DNA of 64,000 bases, from NCBI GenBank assembly GCA_036231405.1, contig JAZAHK010000046.1, positions 96,001-160,000 on the forward strand, written 5' to 3'. The stretch is from Nitrospinota bacterium (lineage in GTDB: Bacteria > UBA8248). The position numbers and the translations under genes are program-made. The notes beneath the pieces are model-generated. The model had not been told where the DNA came from. It searched no databases and saw nothing but the letters and a program-made list of their open reading frames with translations. Below are positions 19,846 through 30,163 of the stretch, piece after piece. How positions within the stretch are numbered: the stretch's first letter is position 1; every line of letters begins with the position of its first letter.

Positions 19846-20205
19846 TTATGTATTTTGTTTGTCTTCGAATTCCCTTCTTTTTGCTATGTAGTCTTTATAT
19901 TCTTCCAGTGTTGTTTCATCAAACAAGTCTGGGCCTCTATGATATGCCGAACGAGAAATGAGATGTGCTGCAACCGGGGCAGTTATGAAGAGGAAGAAAA
20001 TTGCTAGAAAGGCTTGAGTAGTGACGTCTAATGTCTGGAAAAATAAGATAGTAGAAAATAAAATGCCGCCTAATCCTAATGTAGTAGCTTTTGTCGCCGC
20101 ATGCATTCTGGAATAAACATCTGGAAGGCGTATTAAGCCTATGCTTGCCACTAACATAAAAAAAGAACCAATTAACATAACTGAACCCGTTAATATTTCA
20201 ATCAA
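19846..20205 (-). CDS. mrpG: Mrp Na+/H+ antiporter subunit G
   Basis: IRLPDVYSRMHAATKATTLG, TAPVAAH. Confidence 0.93.
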   Translation of the reverse strand: MIEILTGSVMLIGSFFMLVASIGLIRLPDVYSRMHAATKATTLGLGGILFSTILFFQTLDVTTQAFLAIFFLFITAPVAAHLISRSAYHRGPDLFDETTLEEYKDYIAKRREFEDKQNT

Positions 20206-20467
20206 TTATTTTCCCTCGATCATGAAACTTCGCGTATAAAGTTGTTCCAACGAAGCTTAAAATTGTGAGTGTGAGAACCACGATGATAAAAATTTTATTT
20301 CCCGAATAAATGGCAAAAAGAGCAATAATTCCTTTTCCGTTTGTTACTATAGTATCGGCTGCAATTACTTTGTCTGCGGTTGTAGGACCTTTAAAGAAAC
20401 GAAATAAAGCTATAAAAATAGATATGACGAGCATGATCAAAGAAATCTGAATTGTTGTTTCTATCAT
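20198..20467 (-). CDS. mrpF: Mrp Na+/H+ antiporter subunit F
   Basis: RFFKGPTTADKVIAAD, SFVGT; size and position. Confidence 0.9.
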   Translation of the reverse strand: MIETTIQISLIMLVISIFIALFRFFKGPTTADKVIAADTIVTNGKGIIALFAIYSGNKIFIIVVLTLTILSFVGTTLYAKFHDRGKIID

Positions 20468-20970
20468 TCGAATGCTCCCATAATAGGATTTTCAAGCCTT
20501 TTTTGTATTCTATTTTTTACTTCTTTTGAATCTTGTATATCAAGGGTGTGTACATAAATTGTTTCTGAGTCGTCTGAAACATCTATGCTAAGTGTTCCTG
20601 GGGTTAGAGTAATAGAGTTCGCTAGTGAAGTTATTGCCAAGGGAGATTTACAGCGAGTTTTGTAGGCAAGAATTCCAGGCTGAATAGATAGTTTAGGTTT
20701 TATCACGATTAACATAACTTGAAAGTTTGCAACTATTAATTCCCAGATGAAACTTAAAAGGAATTGCAATGTAAACATTAAGCGCAAAAAATTTTTTTCC
20801 TTTTTTTGATTTCTTCTAATCAATTTTTTCTTATGTTCATAACTCTTCCATAGAAAACGGATAATAAGAATTGCAATTATGATGCCTGAAAAAAAATCGC
20901 TAGGATCGCCTGTGCCGCGCATAAGGATCCAAATAGCGGTTATTGATATTGCGAGAGTTACTATTGGCAA
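20464..20970 (-). CDS. mrpE: Mrp Na+/H+ antiporter subunit E
   Basis: LANSITLTPGTL, YVH.LD. Confidence 0.93.
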   Translation of the reverse strand: MPIVTLAISITAIWILMRGTGDPSDFFSGIIIAILIIRFLWKSYEHKKKLIRRNQKKEKNFLRLMFTLQFLLSFIWELIVANFQVMLIVIKPKLSIQPGILAYKTRCKSPLAITSLANSITLTPGTLSIDVSDDSETIYVHTLDIQDSKEVKNRIQKRLENPIMGAFE

Positions 20971-20981
20971 AACATTTCTCC

Positions 20982-22457
20982 TTACCCAAGTGATTTCATA
21001 GCATTAATGTACAATTCAGGGCTAGAAAGTTGTTCGGAAACCAGACTCGCCCAGTCGTAAAGCCAAGATGCTCCTAAACCAAAAAAGATAGCAAATAGTG
21101 TGAGAAAAGTAACGCACACGTACATTAGAGATGAGGCTTTTTTAAGTTTGCTTTCCGCTTCCCCCCAAGCCATTCTTTGGTATGTTTTGAAATTGTAAAA
21201 AAGAGAAATGATCCCTAAAAAAAGGGCTACCGAAGTTATTGCAGTAAACCCAGAAGAGAAACCGGCTTTAAAAATAAGTATTTTTGCAAAAAAACCGCTT
21301 AAAGGTGGAATCCCAGCTAAAGAGAGAAAACTAATTAGCAATAAAATACTAAGGAATGGAGTTTTTTTCATCATTCCCCCCATTTCGTCTAAGTTTTCTG
21401 TTCCTGTAATTTTATAGTTTAACCCCGCAGCCAATAAGACCGAACTTTTGAGATAGGAATGAACTACAATAAAAAAAATGGTTGCTGTTAACGCGGGCAC
21501 TGAGAGGAACGCTATCCCAAGACTTATGAACCCTAGTTGATTAATTGTACTGTATGCGAGAATGCGCTTTAAGTTTTTTTGCGGGAGAGTTCCAAAGGCG
21601 CCTATAAAAATAGTAATGATTGCAAAGAAGATAAGTACATTTTGGAAGTAGAAAAATTGCTTAATGAAGATTAATGTTTGACAACGAATGATTGCGTAAA
21701 TCCCCACTTTTACGAGGACGCCTGCCAAGATAGCGCTGACAGGTGTAGGAGCAATAGAATGCGCAGATGGAAGCCACAACTGCATTGGGAAAATGGCCCC
21801 TTTTACACTGAAAACTAATACAAAGATGAGTGCGGTAGTTATAATCATAGGATTATAATTTAGGGCTGTTAATTTCAATGACAGATCGGCCATATTTACT
21901 GTTCCTACTTGTGCATATATGAACGAAATTCCTGTTAGGAAAAGGGCCGAGGCCACTAGATTTATACAAGTGAACTTGAAAGACATTTCCAGTTGTTCTA
22001 ATGAATGGTAGCAGGCTAATAAAGCATATGCGGAGATAAGCAACACCTCAAAAAAGACGAACAAATTAAAAAGATCCCCAGTAAGGAAACATCCCTGAAT
22101 GCCCATAAGTAAAAAATGGATCAGTGGATGAAATATTTTCAAATTGTTTTCTTTTGGAAAATAGTCCTTAGAATATAAAACGGAAATACCAACTATTGAA
22201 GAGGAAATGCAGAGCATTGTCGATGTTAGTCTATCCGCTATTAAGATAATTCCATAAGGGAAAGGCCAAAGGCCCATTTGATGTGTAAATATTGTCCCTT
22301 TCATTGCGTAAAAAAATAAAAAGGCAGACAGAATGAAGTTTATGAAGAGGGAAATGAAACTTATATTTTCCTGCATTTTTGATTTTTTGCCTAGAAAATA
22401 GGTTAAGATCCCAGTTATTAGAGGTAGAATTACGAAAATAGGGAGTAAATTTTTCAA
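20982..22457 (-). CDS. mrpD: Mrp Na+/H+ antiporter subunit D
   Basis: TGDLFNLFVFFEV, WLPSAH, VKVGIYA, LAGIPPLSGF. Confidence 0.93.
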   Translation of the reverse strand: MKNLLPIFVILPLITGILTYFLGKKSKMQENISFISLFINFILSAFLFFYAMKGTIFTHQMGLWPFPYGIILIADRLTSTMLCISSSIVGISVLYSKDYFPKENNLKIFHPLIHFLLMGIQGCFLTGDLFNLFVFFEVLLISAYALLACYHSLEQLEMSFKFTCINLVASALFLTGISFIYAQVGTVNMADLSLKLTALNYNPMIITTALIFVLVFSVKGAIFPMQLWLPSAHSIAPTPVSAILAGVLVKVGIYAIIRCQTLIFIKQFFYFQNVLIFFAIITIFIGAFGTLPQKNLKRILAYSTINQLGFISLGIAFLSVPALTATIFFIVVHSYLKSSVLLAAGLNYKITGTENLDEMGGMMKKTPFLSILLLISFLSLAGIPPLSGFFAKILIFKAGFSSGFTAITSVALFLGIISLFYNFKTYQRMAWGEAESKLKKASSLMYVCVTFLTLFAIFFGLGASWLYDWASLVSEQLSSPELYINAMKSLG

Positions 22458-22804
22458 CCTTTAAGCCTTCTATATTTATCTATATTGTCTGTTTTGAAAT
22501 TTCTATGCATGTTCAGTGCCACTGTCAGCAAAAATGCAATGACGGCAAGGCTAATCACAATTGCAGTTAGAACCATCGCTTGTGGGAGTGGGTCAACGTA
22601 CATAAGGGCCTGAACGGAGATCTTTTCTGCTGGGAGAATTGGGGGTTTTCCGTCTCTTACCCATCCAGAAGCCATGATCATCAAATTGGTTGCGTGCGAG
22701 AGCATAGCGAAACCAAGTACTACCTTTATTATTCTTCTCTGTATTATCAAGAACACGCTGACTGTGACGAGAACACCTATTGTTAAAGGTAATATTAAAA
22801 ACAT
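22454..22804 (-). CDS. mrpC: Mrp Na+/H+ antiporter subunit C
   Basis: SHATNL, DPLPQAMVLTAIVI. Confidence 0.93.
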   Translation of the reverse strand: MFLILPLTIGVLVTVSVFLIIQRRIIKVVLGFAMLSHATNLMIMASGWVRDGKPPILPAEKISVQALMYVDPLPQAMVLTAIVISLAVIAFLLTVALNMHRNFKTDNIDKYRRLKG

Positions 22805-22819
22805 TTTTTCCCTTTAATT

Positions 22820-23236
22820 CTATGTTTCATCGGAGCAAAAATTTGTAAATATAAACATTAAAACGCCAACCACAACGAGGTAGACCCCAACATCAAAAAC
22901 AAAAGCTGTAAAGATCTTTATCTCTCCTACTAAGATTAGGTCGATTTTGTATATAGAACTCTTAAGAAAGCCTTTCGAGAAATAACCAAAGAGTCCTGTA
23001 ACAGTGGATATAAGTAGCCCCACCATAAAAAGATTGTCCCACTTCCAGTTAAATCTCTTTGATGCTTCTTTGGTTCCGAATGCTACCCATTGTAAGACAA
23101 TACCTATAGAGGTCATTATTCCAGCGATAAATCCTCCTCCAGGTTGATCATGTCCGTAAATAAGGATGAAAAAAGAGAAAATCATCGTTAGATGCAGAAC
23201 TATAGGTGCTGTTGTCTGAAGAATCAGTGATCGCAA
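22820..23236 (-). CDS. mrpB: Mrp Na+/H+ antiporter subunit B
   Basis: GHDQPGGGFIAG, FDVGVYLVVVG. Confidence 0.93.
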   Translation of the reverse strand: MRSLILQTTAPIVLHLTMIFSFFILIYGHDQPGGGFIAGIMTSIGIVLQWVAFGTKEASKRFNWKWDNLFMVGLLISTVTGLFGYFSKGFLKSSIYKIDLILVGEIKIFTAFVFDVGVYLVVVGVLMFIFTNFCSDET

Positions 23237-25557
23237 TTAAATTTCCTCATTATTTGAATGATTGCAGAGATCGCAATTCCTGCGATAACCAGAACGGTGA
23301 TTTCGCCTAATGTATCGTATCCTCTATAATCTACTATGATTGCATTGACTACGTTTTTAAAGCCTGCCAAAGATTTACTAGTCTCTAAAAAGTAGCTTGA
23401 AATTGTATTGAATTCTTTTGTTGTCATACTCAAGAACATTCCAATACAAACGGCTGTTCCAATGGAAATAGAAATAATCCAGTCTTTAATTTTTTTCGAA
23501 AGAGAGGTTGCTTCCGGGGAAGAGTCAGGAATGTGATAAAAGACAAGCAAAAAAAGAGCAACGGAAGCAGTTTCAATCATAATCATAGTAAGAGCGAGAT
23601 CAGGAGCCTTCAGAAATAAAAAAAGGCCTGCAATTGTGTATCCGGTTATTCCTAAAGTTAGAATTGCAGGAATTCTTTTTTTTATTAAAGCTGTTCCAAG
23701 TGCACTGATGGAAATAAGTAAGCATAAAGCTATGGAAAAATTTGCTTCGATGGTATGCACAGAGATTTTGATTTTATCCCAGTCAAGACTTAGTGCAATA
23801 TATGAAATTGCAATTACCGGAGCGATCCACATCCATCGCAGATAACTTCTCAAATTCCCGTTTTGTATTAGTAGTAGATATTTCCATGTTCTTTTTTCGA
23901 CATTATTAACGGATGCGTTGTAGATTCGATCGGGGCCAAAAAAACAAAAATTTTTACTCAAAAAATTCATGAATGAATCTATTTTGTCGAACTTGAGATA
24001 ACATATAATCCCTAAACCCAGTGCAATAGTAGACATTAATAATTCTATATTAAACCCGTGCCAAAGTTTGAAATGTGTTCCTTCTGTAATTCCTTCGCCT
24101 AGGGTTGACATTACCGCTGCAAGAAATGTTTTGTTCTCAAATAAATTAGGGAAAATTCCAAAAATAAGCACAAACAAAGATAGAATGATAGGTGCGGTGA
24201 GAAAACCAAAGCTTGGGTCGTGAGGTTTCTTGGGAGGTTTTTCGTTCTTCTGTTTCCAGAAAACTTCACCCACAAGCCGAAGGTGGTAAAGAACGGTGAT
24301 TATTCCTCCAAAGAGAACTAGTATCGGAAGTCCAAAAGAAGTAATTACGTTTTCCCCATAGTTTAGGCTTACGGTGTAAAGCATTTCTTTTGTGATAAAG
24401 CCCCCCATGGGAGGGATTCCCATAAGACTAAAAGCGCAAATGAGAAGAAGGAAATGACAGATTGGCATCGATCCCTTGAGATTTCCTAATTTACGAATGT
24501 TTCTCGTTCCGCATTCGTGGGCTATTATGCCTATAATCATAAACATACTAGCTTTCGCTGCGGCATGGTTGTATAGATGAAGGGTACTTCCCGTAATACT
24601 TTCTAGTCCCCCTATCCCAATAAAAGTAATCAGCATGCCTAATTGACTTATGGTTCCATATGCTAAAATCCCTTTCAGGTCATAGGAGCGAAGGGATAGA
24701 ATACCCCCTGAGATCATAGTCATAAGACCAATGGTGGGTACTAGGAAATCCCAAACTTCCTGTCCATACAGTATAGGGTAGAATCTTGACAACAGAAATA
24801 TACCTGCTTTGACCATCGTTGCAGAGTGTAAAAAAGCACTGATTGGGGTAGGAGCTTCCATAGCATTAGGTAGCCAAATATGAAATGGCCATTGAGCGCT
24901 TTTAGTAGCTGCACCTATGATTATCAAAAGGACGACGAAAGAACTTACTTGTATAGAATTTGCATTTGAAATGAGGTTTGCTATTTCCCATTCGCCGGTT
25001 GAATTTCCAAGTAAAAGAAACCCCCCCAACATCAAAATCCCACCGCCACCTGTGATTAGGATTGCTTTTGTTGCACCATAGTTTGATTTTGATTTCTCAT
25101 ACCAGAATCCGATGAGAAAAAACGATGTTATGCTTGTTAGTTCCCAAAAAACAAAAAGAGAAATTAAATGATTTGAAAAAACCACCCCTATCATAGAACC
25201 CATAAACGCGATTAGCAGCGAATAATAACGTGCGAGGTCTTCTTTCTTGGACATGTACCAATTTGAATAGAGGATAACTAGAAGGGACATAGTGACAATG
25301 AGGACGCCCCAAAAAATGCTGAGCCCATCTACAATAAAACTTGCCTTAATATCTGCCGCTGGCACCCAGGCAATTTCGTATGTAAGAGTTTTGTATCCTG
25401 ATTTTATCCAATCCTGATAAAGAGAATACAAATTTAAGATGCTTATTATGGGGACAGCAGTTGCATACCAAGAGGCAATTTTGCTATTCCTTCTGATTAG
25501 GAAAGGAATAGCAATGGAAACAAGAAAAGGGAAGAAGACTAAAAAAATCGTTTTCAA
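23224..25557 (-). CDS. mrpA: Mrp Na+/H+ antiporter subunit A
   Basis: FWELTS, KSAQWPFHIWLPNAMEAPTP, HSATMVKAG, APDLALT, NVVNAIIVDYRGYDTLGE. Confidence 0.95.
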   Translation of the reverse strand: MKTIFLVFFPFLVSIAIPFLIRRNSKIASWYATAVPIISILNLYSLYQDWIKSGYKTLTYEIAWVPAADIKASFIVDGLSIFWGVLIVTMSLLVILYSNWYMSKKEDLARYYSLLIAFMGSMIGVVFSNHLISLFVFWELTSITSFFLIGFWYEKSKSNYGATKAILITGGGGILMLGGFLLLGNSTGEWEIANLISNANSIQVSSFVVLLIIIGAATKSAQWPFHIWLPNAMEAPTPISAFLHSATMVKAGIFLLSRFYPILYGQEVWDFLVPTIGLMTMISGGILSLRSYDLKGILAYGTISQLGMLITFIGIGGLESITGSTLHLYNHAAAKASMFMIIGIIAHECGTRNIRKLGNLKGSMPICHFLLLICAFSLMGIPPMGGFITKEMLYTVSLNYGENVITSFGLPILVLFGGIITVLYHLRLVGEVFWKQKNEKPPKKPHDPSFGFLTAPIILSLFVLIFGIFPNLFENKTFLAAVMSTLGEGITEGTHFKLWHGFNIELLMSTIALGLGIICYLKFDKIDSFMNFLSKNFCFFGPDRIYNASVNNVEKRTWKYLLLIQNGNLRSYLRWMWIAPVIAISYIALSLDWDKIKISVHTIEANFSIALCLLISISALGTALIKKRIPAILTLGITGYTIAGLFLFLKAPDLALTMIMIETASVALFLLVFYHIPDSSPEATSLSKKIKDWIISISIGTAVCIGMFLSMTTKEFNTISSYFLETSKSLAGFKNVVNAIIVDYRGYDTLGEITVLVIAGIAISAIIQIMRKFNCDH

Positions 25558-25695
25558 TTTGGTGACCGTTGATTGGCGTTAAACTAGAAGGCGGTCGAAG
25601 TTCGATATTGACATAAAACATGATTTTGCATCAAGCTATATTTTTGAAAAACGAATTTATGTTTCCTCTGATTCACAAACTATCAGGAGTAGATT

Positions 25696-26472
25696 TTGTC
25701 TAGTGAAATCACATATCGTATTTTTTCACTTTGTCAGGGTTGGCGTGAATGTGATGCCTCTTTTCTTCTGTATCTATCAGATATAGGTAGGAAAGCTAAA
25801 TTGCCCTATTTTTTTTGGATATTGATTCCGAGCGAAAAGGGAATCCCTTCTGTATTAGTAGATACTGGTTTTATGGAGGGGCACTACAAGAAAAGATATT
25901 TGGATTACAGCGATTATAAAAAGCCAATGGATCTTCTTAAAAATTTTAATATCAGACCAAGCGATATACAGAATATAATACTTTCTCATTTACATTGGGA
26001 CCATTTTTCCGCAAACCGGATTTATTCATCTGCTACTTTCCATCTTCAAAAAAAGGAGATCGAATTTTGGAGAAGTGAGTATGGTGAGTATCATTTCCTA
26101 AATCATTTTTTAGCCGATTTAAAGGATTTGGATTCTCTGGAAGAAAATAAAAAACTGAAAATTATAGAGGGTGATTCAGAACTGTTTGATGGGATTTCAG
26201 TTCATCATGTTGGAGGACACTCTCCAGGATTACAAGTTGTTCGGGTGCGAACTTTAGAAGGATGGGCAGTTCTTGCAGTGGATTCAGCATATGTTTTTCG
26301 GAGTTTTGAGTCTATGATCCCACCTGGTATTCATGTCCATGTAGATGAAGCTTTAAATGCACTTGATAAGGCAAAAGATTTAGCAGACAGTCCTAGGCTT
26401 ATCTTTCCGGGGCATGATGCTGAGACATTATTAATACCCGAATTTGCTAGTGGAGTTCGGCAATTGGCTTAG
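25696..26472 (+). CDS. Metallo-beta-lactamase fold hydrolase, N-acyl homoserine lactonase-like
   Basis: LVDTG, SHLHWDH (HxHxDH), GHSPG, PGHD; TTG start with SD AGGAG. Confidence 0.85.
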   Translation: MSSEITYRIFSLCQGWRECDASFLLYLSDIGRKAKLPYFFWILIPSEKGIPSVLVDTGFMEGHYKKRYLDYSDYKKPMDLLKNFNIRPSDIQNIILSHLHWDHFSANRIYSSATFHLQKKEIEFWRSEYGEYHFLNHFLADLKDLDSLEENKKLKIIEGDSELFDGISVHHVGGHSPGLQVVRVRTLEGWAVLAVDSAYVFRSFESMIPPGIHVHVDEALNALDKAKDLADSPRLIFPGHDAETLLIPEFASGVRQLA

Positions 26473-26526
26473 TATACTAGGTTAGGTAAAAATCGATTTG
26501 TCTTGTAATTTTCATTTGAGGTTAAC

Positions 26527-26958
26527 ATGAAAAAAATGATTGAACACGTAGCTTTGAGGGTTAGCGATTTAAAAAAATCCATTCTTTTTTACCGTGATGT
26601 GATGGGGTTTTCCCCAGTGGGAAGAAGAAAAATTGAGGATGGTAAAATTGAACAAATTGTTTTTCGGGTAGGTGAAGATGTTTTAGTTCTCTTTTTTTCT
26701 GATAGTTTTATATCAGAAAAAATACCCTCTCAAAGCGGTGTGGATCACGTAGCTTTTTCACTTGAAGAAAATGAGTATTTTCAGGTAATCGAAAGATTGA
26801 AGAAAAATGGAGTAATGATACACCGCGGGGAAGTGAAAAATTTAGGTGCATTCGGAGTCGGATACGCGACCTATTTCTACGATCCGGATAACATAGAAAT
26901 AGAAATTAAAAGATATGATGATCCCCCTGAGGAGCCTTCTTTAGAATGGTATGACTAG
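26527..26958 (+). CDS. VOC/glyoxalase family protein
   Basis: EHVALRVSDL.KS..FY, DHVAF, YFYDPDN.EIE. Confidence 0.88.
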   Translation: MKKMIEHVALRVSDLKKSILFYRDVMGFSPVGRRKIEDGKIEQIVFRVGEDVLVLFFSDSFISEKIPSQSGVDHVAFSLEENEYFQVIERLKKNGVMIHRGEVKNLGAFGVGYATYFYDPDNIEIEIKRYDDPPEEPSLEWYD

Positions 26959-26976
26959 AAAAGAAGGTTAACTGCT

Positions 26977-27369
26977 TTAATTCTTCCTTATCTCTCTGAA
27001 ATCTAGAGATGCAGAATTAATGCAATATCTGAGTCCCGAAGGTATAGGGCCATCTGGGAAAACATGTCCTAAGTGTGCGTCACATGAAGCGCATCTGGTT
27101 TCTATTCTTCTTATTCCATGCGATTTATCTTCAATTTCTTTTATATTTGTTGATTCAATGGTTTCCCAAAAACTTGGCCAACCAGTTCCGGAATCGAATT
27201 TGGTTTTTGAATCAAAAAGTTCCACCCCACAGCAAATACAAAGGTAAGTTCCTTCGGCATGAGAATTCCAATATTCTCCGGAGAAAGGAGGTTCTGTGCC
27301 GCATTGTTGAGTTACTCGGTATTGTTCAGGAGTAAGTTTTTCTTCAAGGTTTTTTTTGATTTCTTCCAT
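26977..27369 (-). CDS. msrB: Peptide-methionine (R)-S-oxide reductase
   Basis: [34 protein letters not shown]; Zn CxxC pairs. Confidence 0.97.
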   Translation of the reverse strand: MEEIKKNLEEKLTPEQYRVTQQCGTEPPFSGEYWNSHAEGTYLCICCGVELFDSKTKFDSGTGWPSFWETIESTNIKEIEDKSHGIRRIETRCASCDAHLGHVFPDGPIPSGLRYCINSASLDFREIRKN

Positions 27370-27391
27370 TTCTGTTTCCTTTTAGTTGCTG

Positions 27392-28654
27392 TTAATTGCA
27401 AATTTTTAAAGCAAGATTTAAAAAGACTCTACTTGCAGTTTCAAGGTCGTCTTCATGTATATGTTCACCAGCATCGTGCATGTACTGACCTTTCTTTTGA
27501 ACTTCAGGATGTACTCGGAAGCCAGGTCCATAACAGATACATGGTATCCCATAATGGTTGAAATGAGTTGCGTCCGCACCAGGTCTTCTTGCTATGAAAT
27601 CTGGAGGAGATTTAATGATCTCTTTATGGGCCCGAGCGAGACTTGTAACGATTTCTTCTTCTTCCGCCACGTACGTGGCAGGGTCGGTTACATAAAAATC
27701 CAAGATAGCTTCATCTTCTCCAGTTTTTTTGGATAGATCCGTAAGGACTTTCCTAATTTCACGACGAAGGTTTTCGATTTCTTGTCCAGGTAAGATCCGT
27801 ATGTCTAAGTAAAGACTAGCCTCGACAGGGTTTCTAGATAATCTCCATGGCCATCCACCACGTATAGAAGAAATATTGACACTAGGTTTCTCTCCCATGA
27901 ATTCTCCAGAATTTGTAAATTTTGGAATCCATTTTTCTATCGCTGTTTGGACCTTATGGAGTGATCTGATTGCATTTTTGATTCCTTTCCTGTGTGCCAT
28001 TGCACTATGACTAACTGTTCCAAAAGTTGTAATTTTTGCCCATACGACTCCTAGGTTCGCGTTTGCAATACGCAGACCTGTGGGTTCTGCCAAAATTGCG
28101 AAATCCGCTGTCGCTCCGTGAAGGACCAGATGTCTTGAACCAGTTCCATAGCCGGCCATCTCTTCCCCACGGAATTCTTCAATTGCAGCTTTTTCTATTT
28201 CCCCAACTACCCCTGCGAAAATAAGATCTCCTTTGAGAGGGATTCTTTCTTTTTGTATTGCTTCGAAGGCAACTAGGGCGGACGCTAGTCCCCCTTTCAT
28301 GTTGTTTGCACCTAATCCCCAAATCCATCCACCTTTGTAGACTCCTTTCGGTTTAAATCCTTTCCCTACTAGATAGTCTTCGTTACCGTCATAAGAGGTA
28401 TCCATGTGTCCGGTAAACATAAGGTTAGAACCGGTGCCATTACCCGAAATTGTTCCTATAGCATTCGGTCTGTCTAAACTTACTTCCTGCAAATAGGTTC
28501 TAGCACCTACATTCCCCATTCTATCAACAAGATATTGCGCTAACGCCTTTTCTCCCGATGTTGGGCTAGGTATGTCAACGAGATCGATCAGTGTTTCTCT
28601 CAGTTTTTTCTTTTTGATGTGTTTTACACATTTTTTAAAAAGGGAACTTTCCAT
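27392..28654 (-). CDS. M20 family metallopeptidase/deacylase (ArgE/DapE-like, variant metal ligands)
   Basis: IPSPT, GHMDT, GLGANNMKGG, VGEIE, AEPT, YGPG, terminal H...E. Confidence 0.85.
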   Translation of the reverse strand: MESSLFKKCVKHIKKKKLRETLIDLVDIPSPTSGEKALAQYLVDRMGNVGARTYLQEVSLDRPNAIGTISGNGTGSNLMFTGHMDTSYDGNEDYLVGKGFKPKGVYKGGWIWGLGANNMKGGLASALVAFEAIQKERIPLKGDLIFAGVVGEIEKAAIEEFRGEEMAGYGTGSRHLVLHGATADFAILAEPTGLRIANANLGVVWAKITTFGTVSHSAMAHRKGIKNAIRSLHKVQTAIEKWIPKFTNSGEFMGEKPSVNISSIRGGWPWRLSRNPVEASLYLDIRILPGQEIENLRREIRKVLTDLSKKTGEDEAILDFYVTDPATYVAEEEEIVTSLARAHKEIIKSPPDFIARRPGADATHFNHYGIPCICYGPGFRVHPEVQKKGQYMHDAGEHIHEDDLETASRVFLNLALKICN

Positions 28655-28764
28655 TTAAAAATCCTTTATGTCTTTTTTTGACAGAGGTTATAGACTAACA
28701 TGACAAAGTTGTATGAGGAAAGGATGAAAATCACTTTGAATTTCTAGATGGCAAGAGGAAAAGT

Positions 28765-30141
28765 CTGAAAAATTATACTTCTTCAATTTCTAAAAAATAC
28801 GATTATACGATTGGACCTATTGGGCAGGGGATTAAACGTTTAGTAATCCCCATGTTTTTCGAGAGGTTAATTAGAAGTAGTGATGGGGTTTTTGAAATAT
28901 TTTGGATTGGGATTCTTGGGCCAAATGCACTTGCAGCATATTCGCTCGGGTATTTGTTCATACTTTTCTTGCGATCTTTTGGCATGGGAATTCGTATTGC
29001 AGGACAATCCTTAGTTGCCCATGCGGTTGGTTCAAAAGATTTTGAGAAAGCGTCTATCGTTTCTGCGCAGATGATAATCTTATTGTCCGTATATTCCGTT
29101 TCTCTATCATTACTTGGTTTTTTCTTTACTCCTTTGATTATTTCTATAATGAATCTCGATGTTCAGGTGACTGGTTTTGCCCTAGATTATATGCAATCTG
29201 GTTTTATTTCTTTAATCGCGATTGAATCGATGTTCGTTTTTGGCAGTGTATTTAGAGGAACTGGTGAGCCAGGTATTTTAGTGGTCTCAATGGTTGCGGG
29301 AACGATTGTTTCCTTAATAGCAATGCCATTGTTAATGTTTGGTTTTGGTTCTTTTGAAGGAATTGGAATTGCAGGTAGTTTTTTTGGAATAGGACTAGGA
29401 AGACTAGTAGGATTTTTGATTATGCTCTTCTATCTCCTAAGAGGATGGTCCCAGGTATTTTTAAAGCTTAGGTTTTTTCGTCCAAATTTAGGAATCATTT
29501 CTAATCTACTTTCGATTGCATGGCCTGCAACGGTTCAAAATCTTTTAGAAAGAGGGTCCTATCTACTACTACTTCGAATTCTTACCCCTTTTGGAGCGGA
29601 TGCTCTGGCTGCATGGGGAGTAGGAAACCGAGTTACGATGATCGCACGGCTTCCAACTTTCGGTCTTCAGGGATCTACGAGAACTTTAGTTGGACAGAAT
29701 ATTGGAGCCTCTAAACCTGGTCGCGCAGTAAGAACTGTTCAATATACTCTTGTAATCCTTGTTTCAGTGATGGGATTTTTTTCTGTGGCTCAGTTTTTTT
29801 TCTCTAGAGACATCTCTATTTTTTTTGGTTTAGTGGGAAGTTCGACTCCTGTCGCATCCTTTGCTCTTCGTGTTTTCTCATTTGGTCTAATTATGGAATC
29901 AATAAGAAGAGTGATGACAGGGGCTTTTCAAGGGGCAGGAAATTCCAAACCTCCTATGTTGACCCAAATAGTTGTGAGTTGGATTCTTATGCTGCCAATA
30001 GCTTTTTATCTTTCGAATTCTGTTGGATTACGGGAGGAAGGGGTCTGGTTTGCGATGCTTATCGCTCAATTTGTGGGTGGTGCTGTTATGTTTCTCTGGT
30101 TCTTTTCTTGGATGAAAATAAAAACTCTTCCAATTACTTAG
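28765..30141 (+). CDS. MATE family efflux transporter; probable CTG start
   Basis: About 12 TM segments, FRGTG, LVGQNIGA, FQGAG; frame extends upstream of ATG 28852 through DYTIGPIGQGIKRLVIPM to CTG 28765 behind SD GAGGA. Confidence 0.85.
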   Translation: MKNYTSSISKKYDYTIGPIGQGIKRLVIPMFFERLIRSSDGVFEIFWIGILGPNALAAYSLGYLFILFLRSFGMGIRIAGQSLVAHAVGSKDFEKASIVSAQMIILLSVYSVSLSLLGFFFTPLIISIMNLDVQVTGFALDYMQSGFISLIAIESMFVFGSVFRGTGEPGILVVSMVAGTIVSLIAMPLLMFGFGSFEGIGIAGSFFGIGLGRLVGFLIMLFYLLRGWSQVFLKLRFFRPNLGIISNLLSIAWPATVQNLLERGSYLLLLRILTPFGADALAAWGVGNRVTMIARLPTFGLQGSTRTLVGQNIGASKPGRAVRTVQYTLVILVSVMGFFSVAQFFFSRDISIFFGLVGSSTPVASFALRVFSFGLIMESIRRVMTGAFQGAGNSKPPMLTQIVVSWILMLPIAFYLSNSVGLREEGVWFAMLIAQFVGGAVMFLWFFSWMKIKTLPIT

Positions 30142-30163
30142 ACTTTAGTAGTGAAATTAACTC

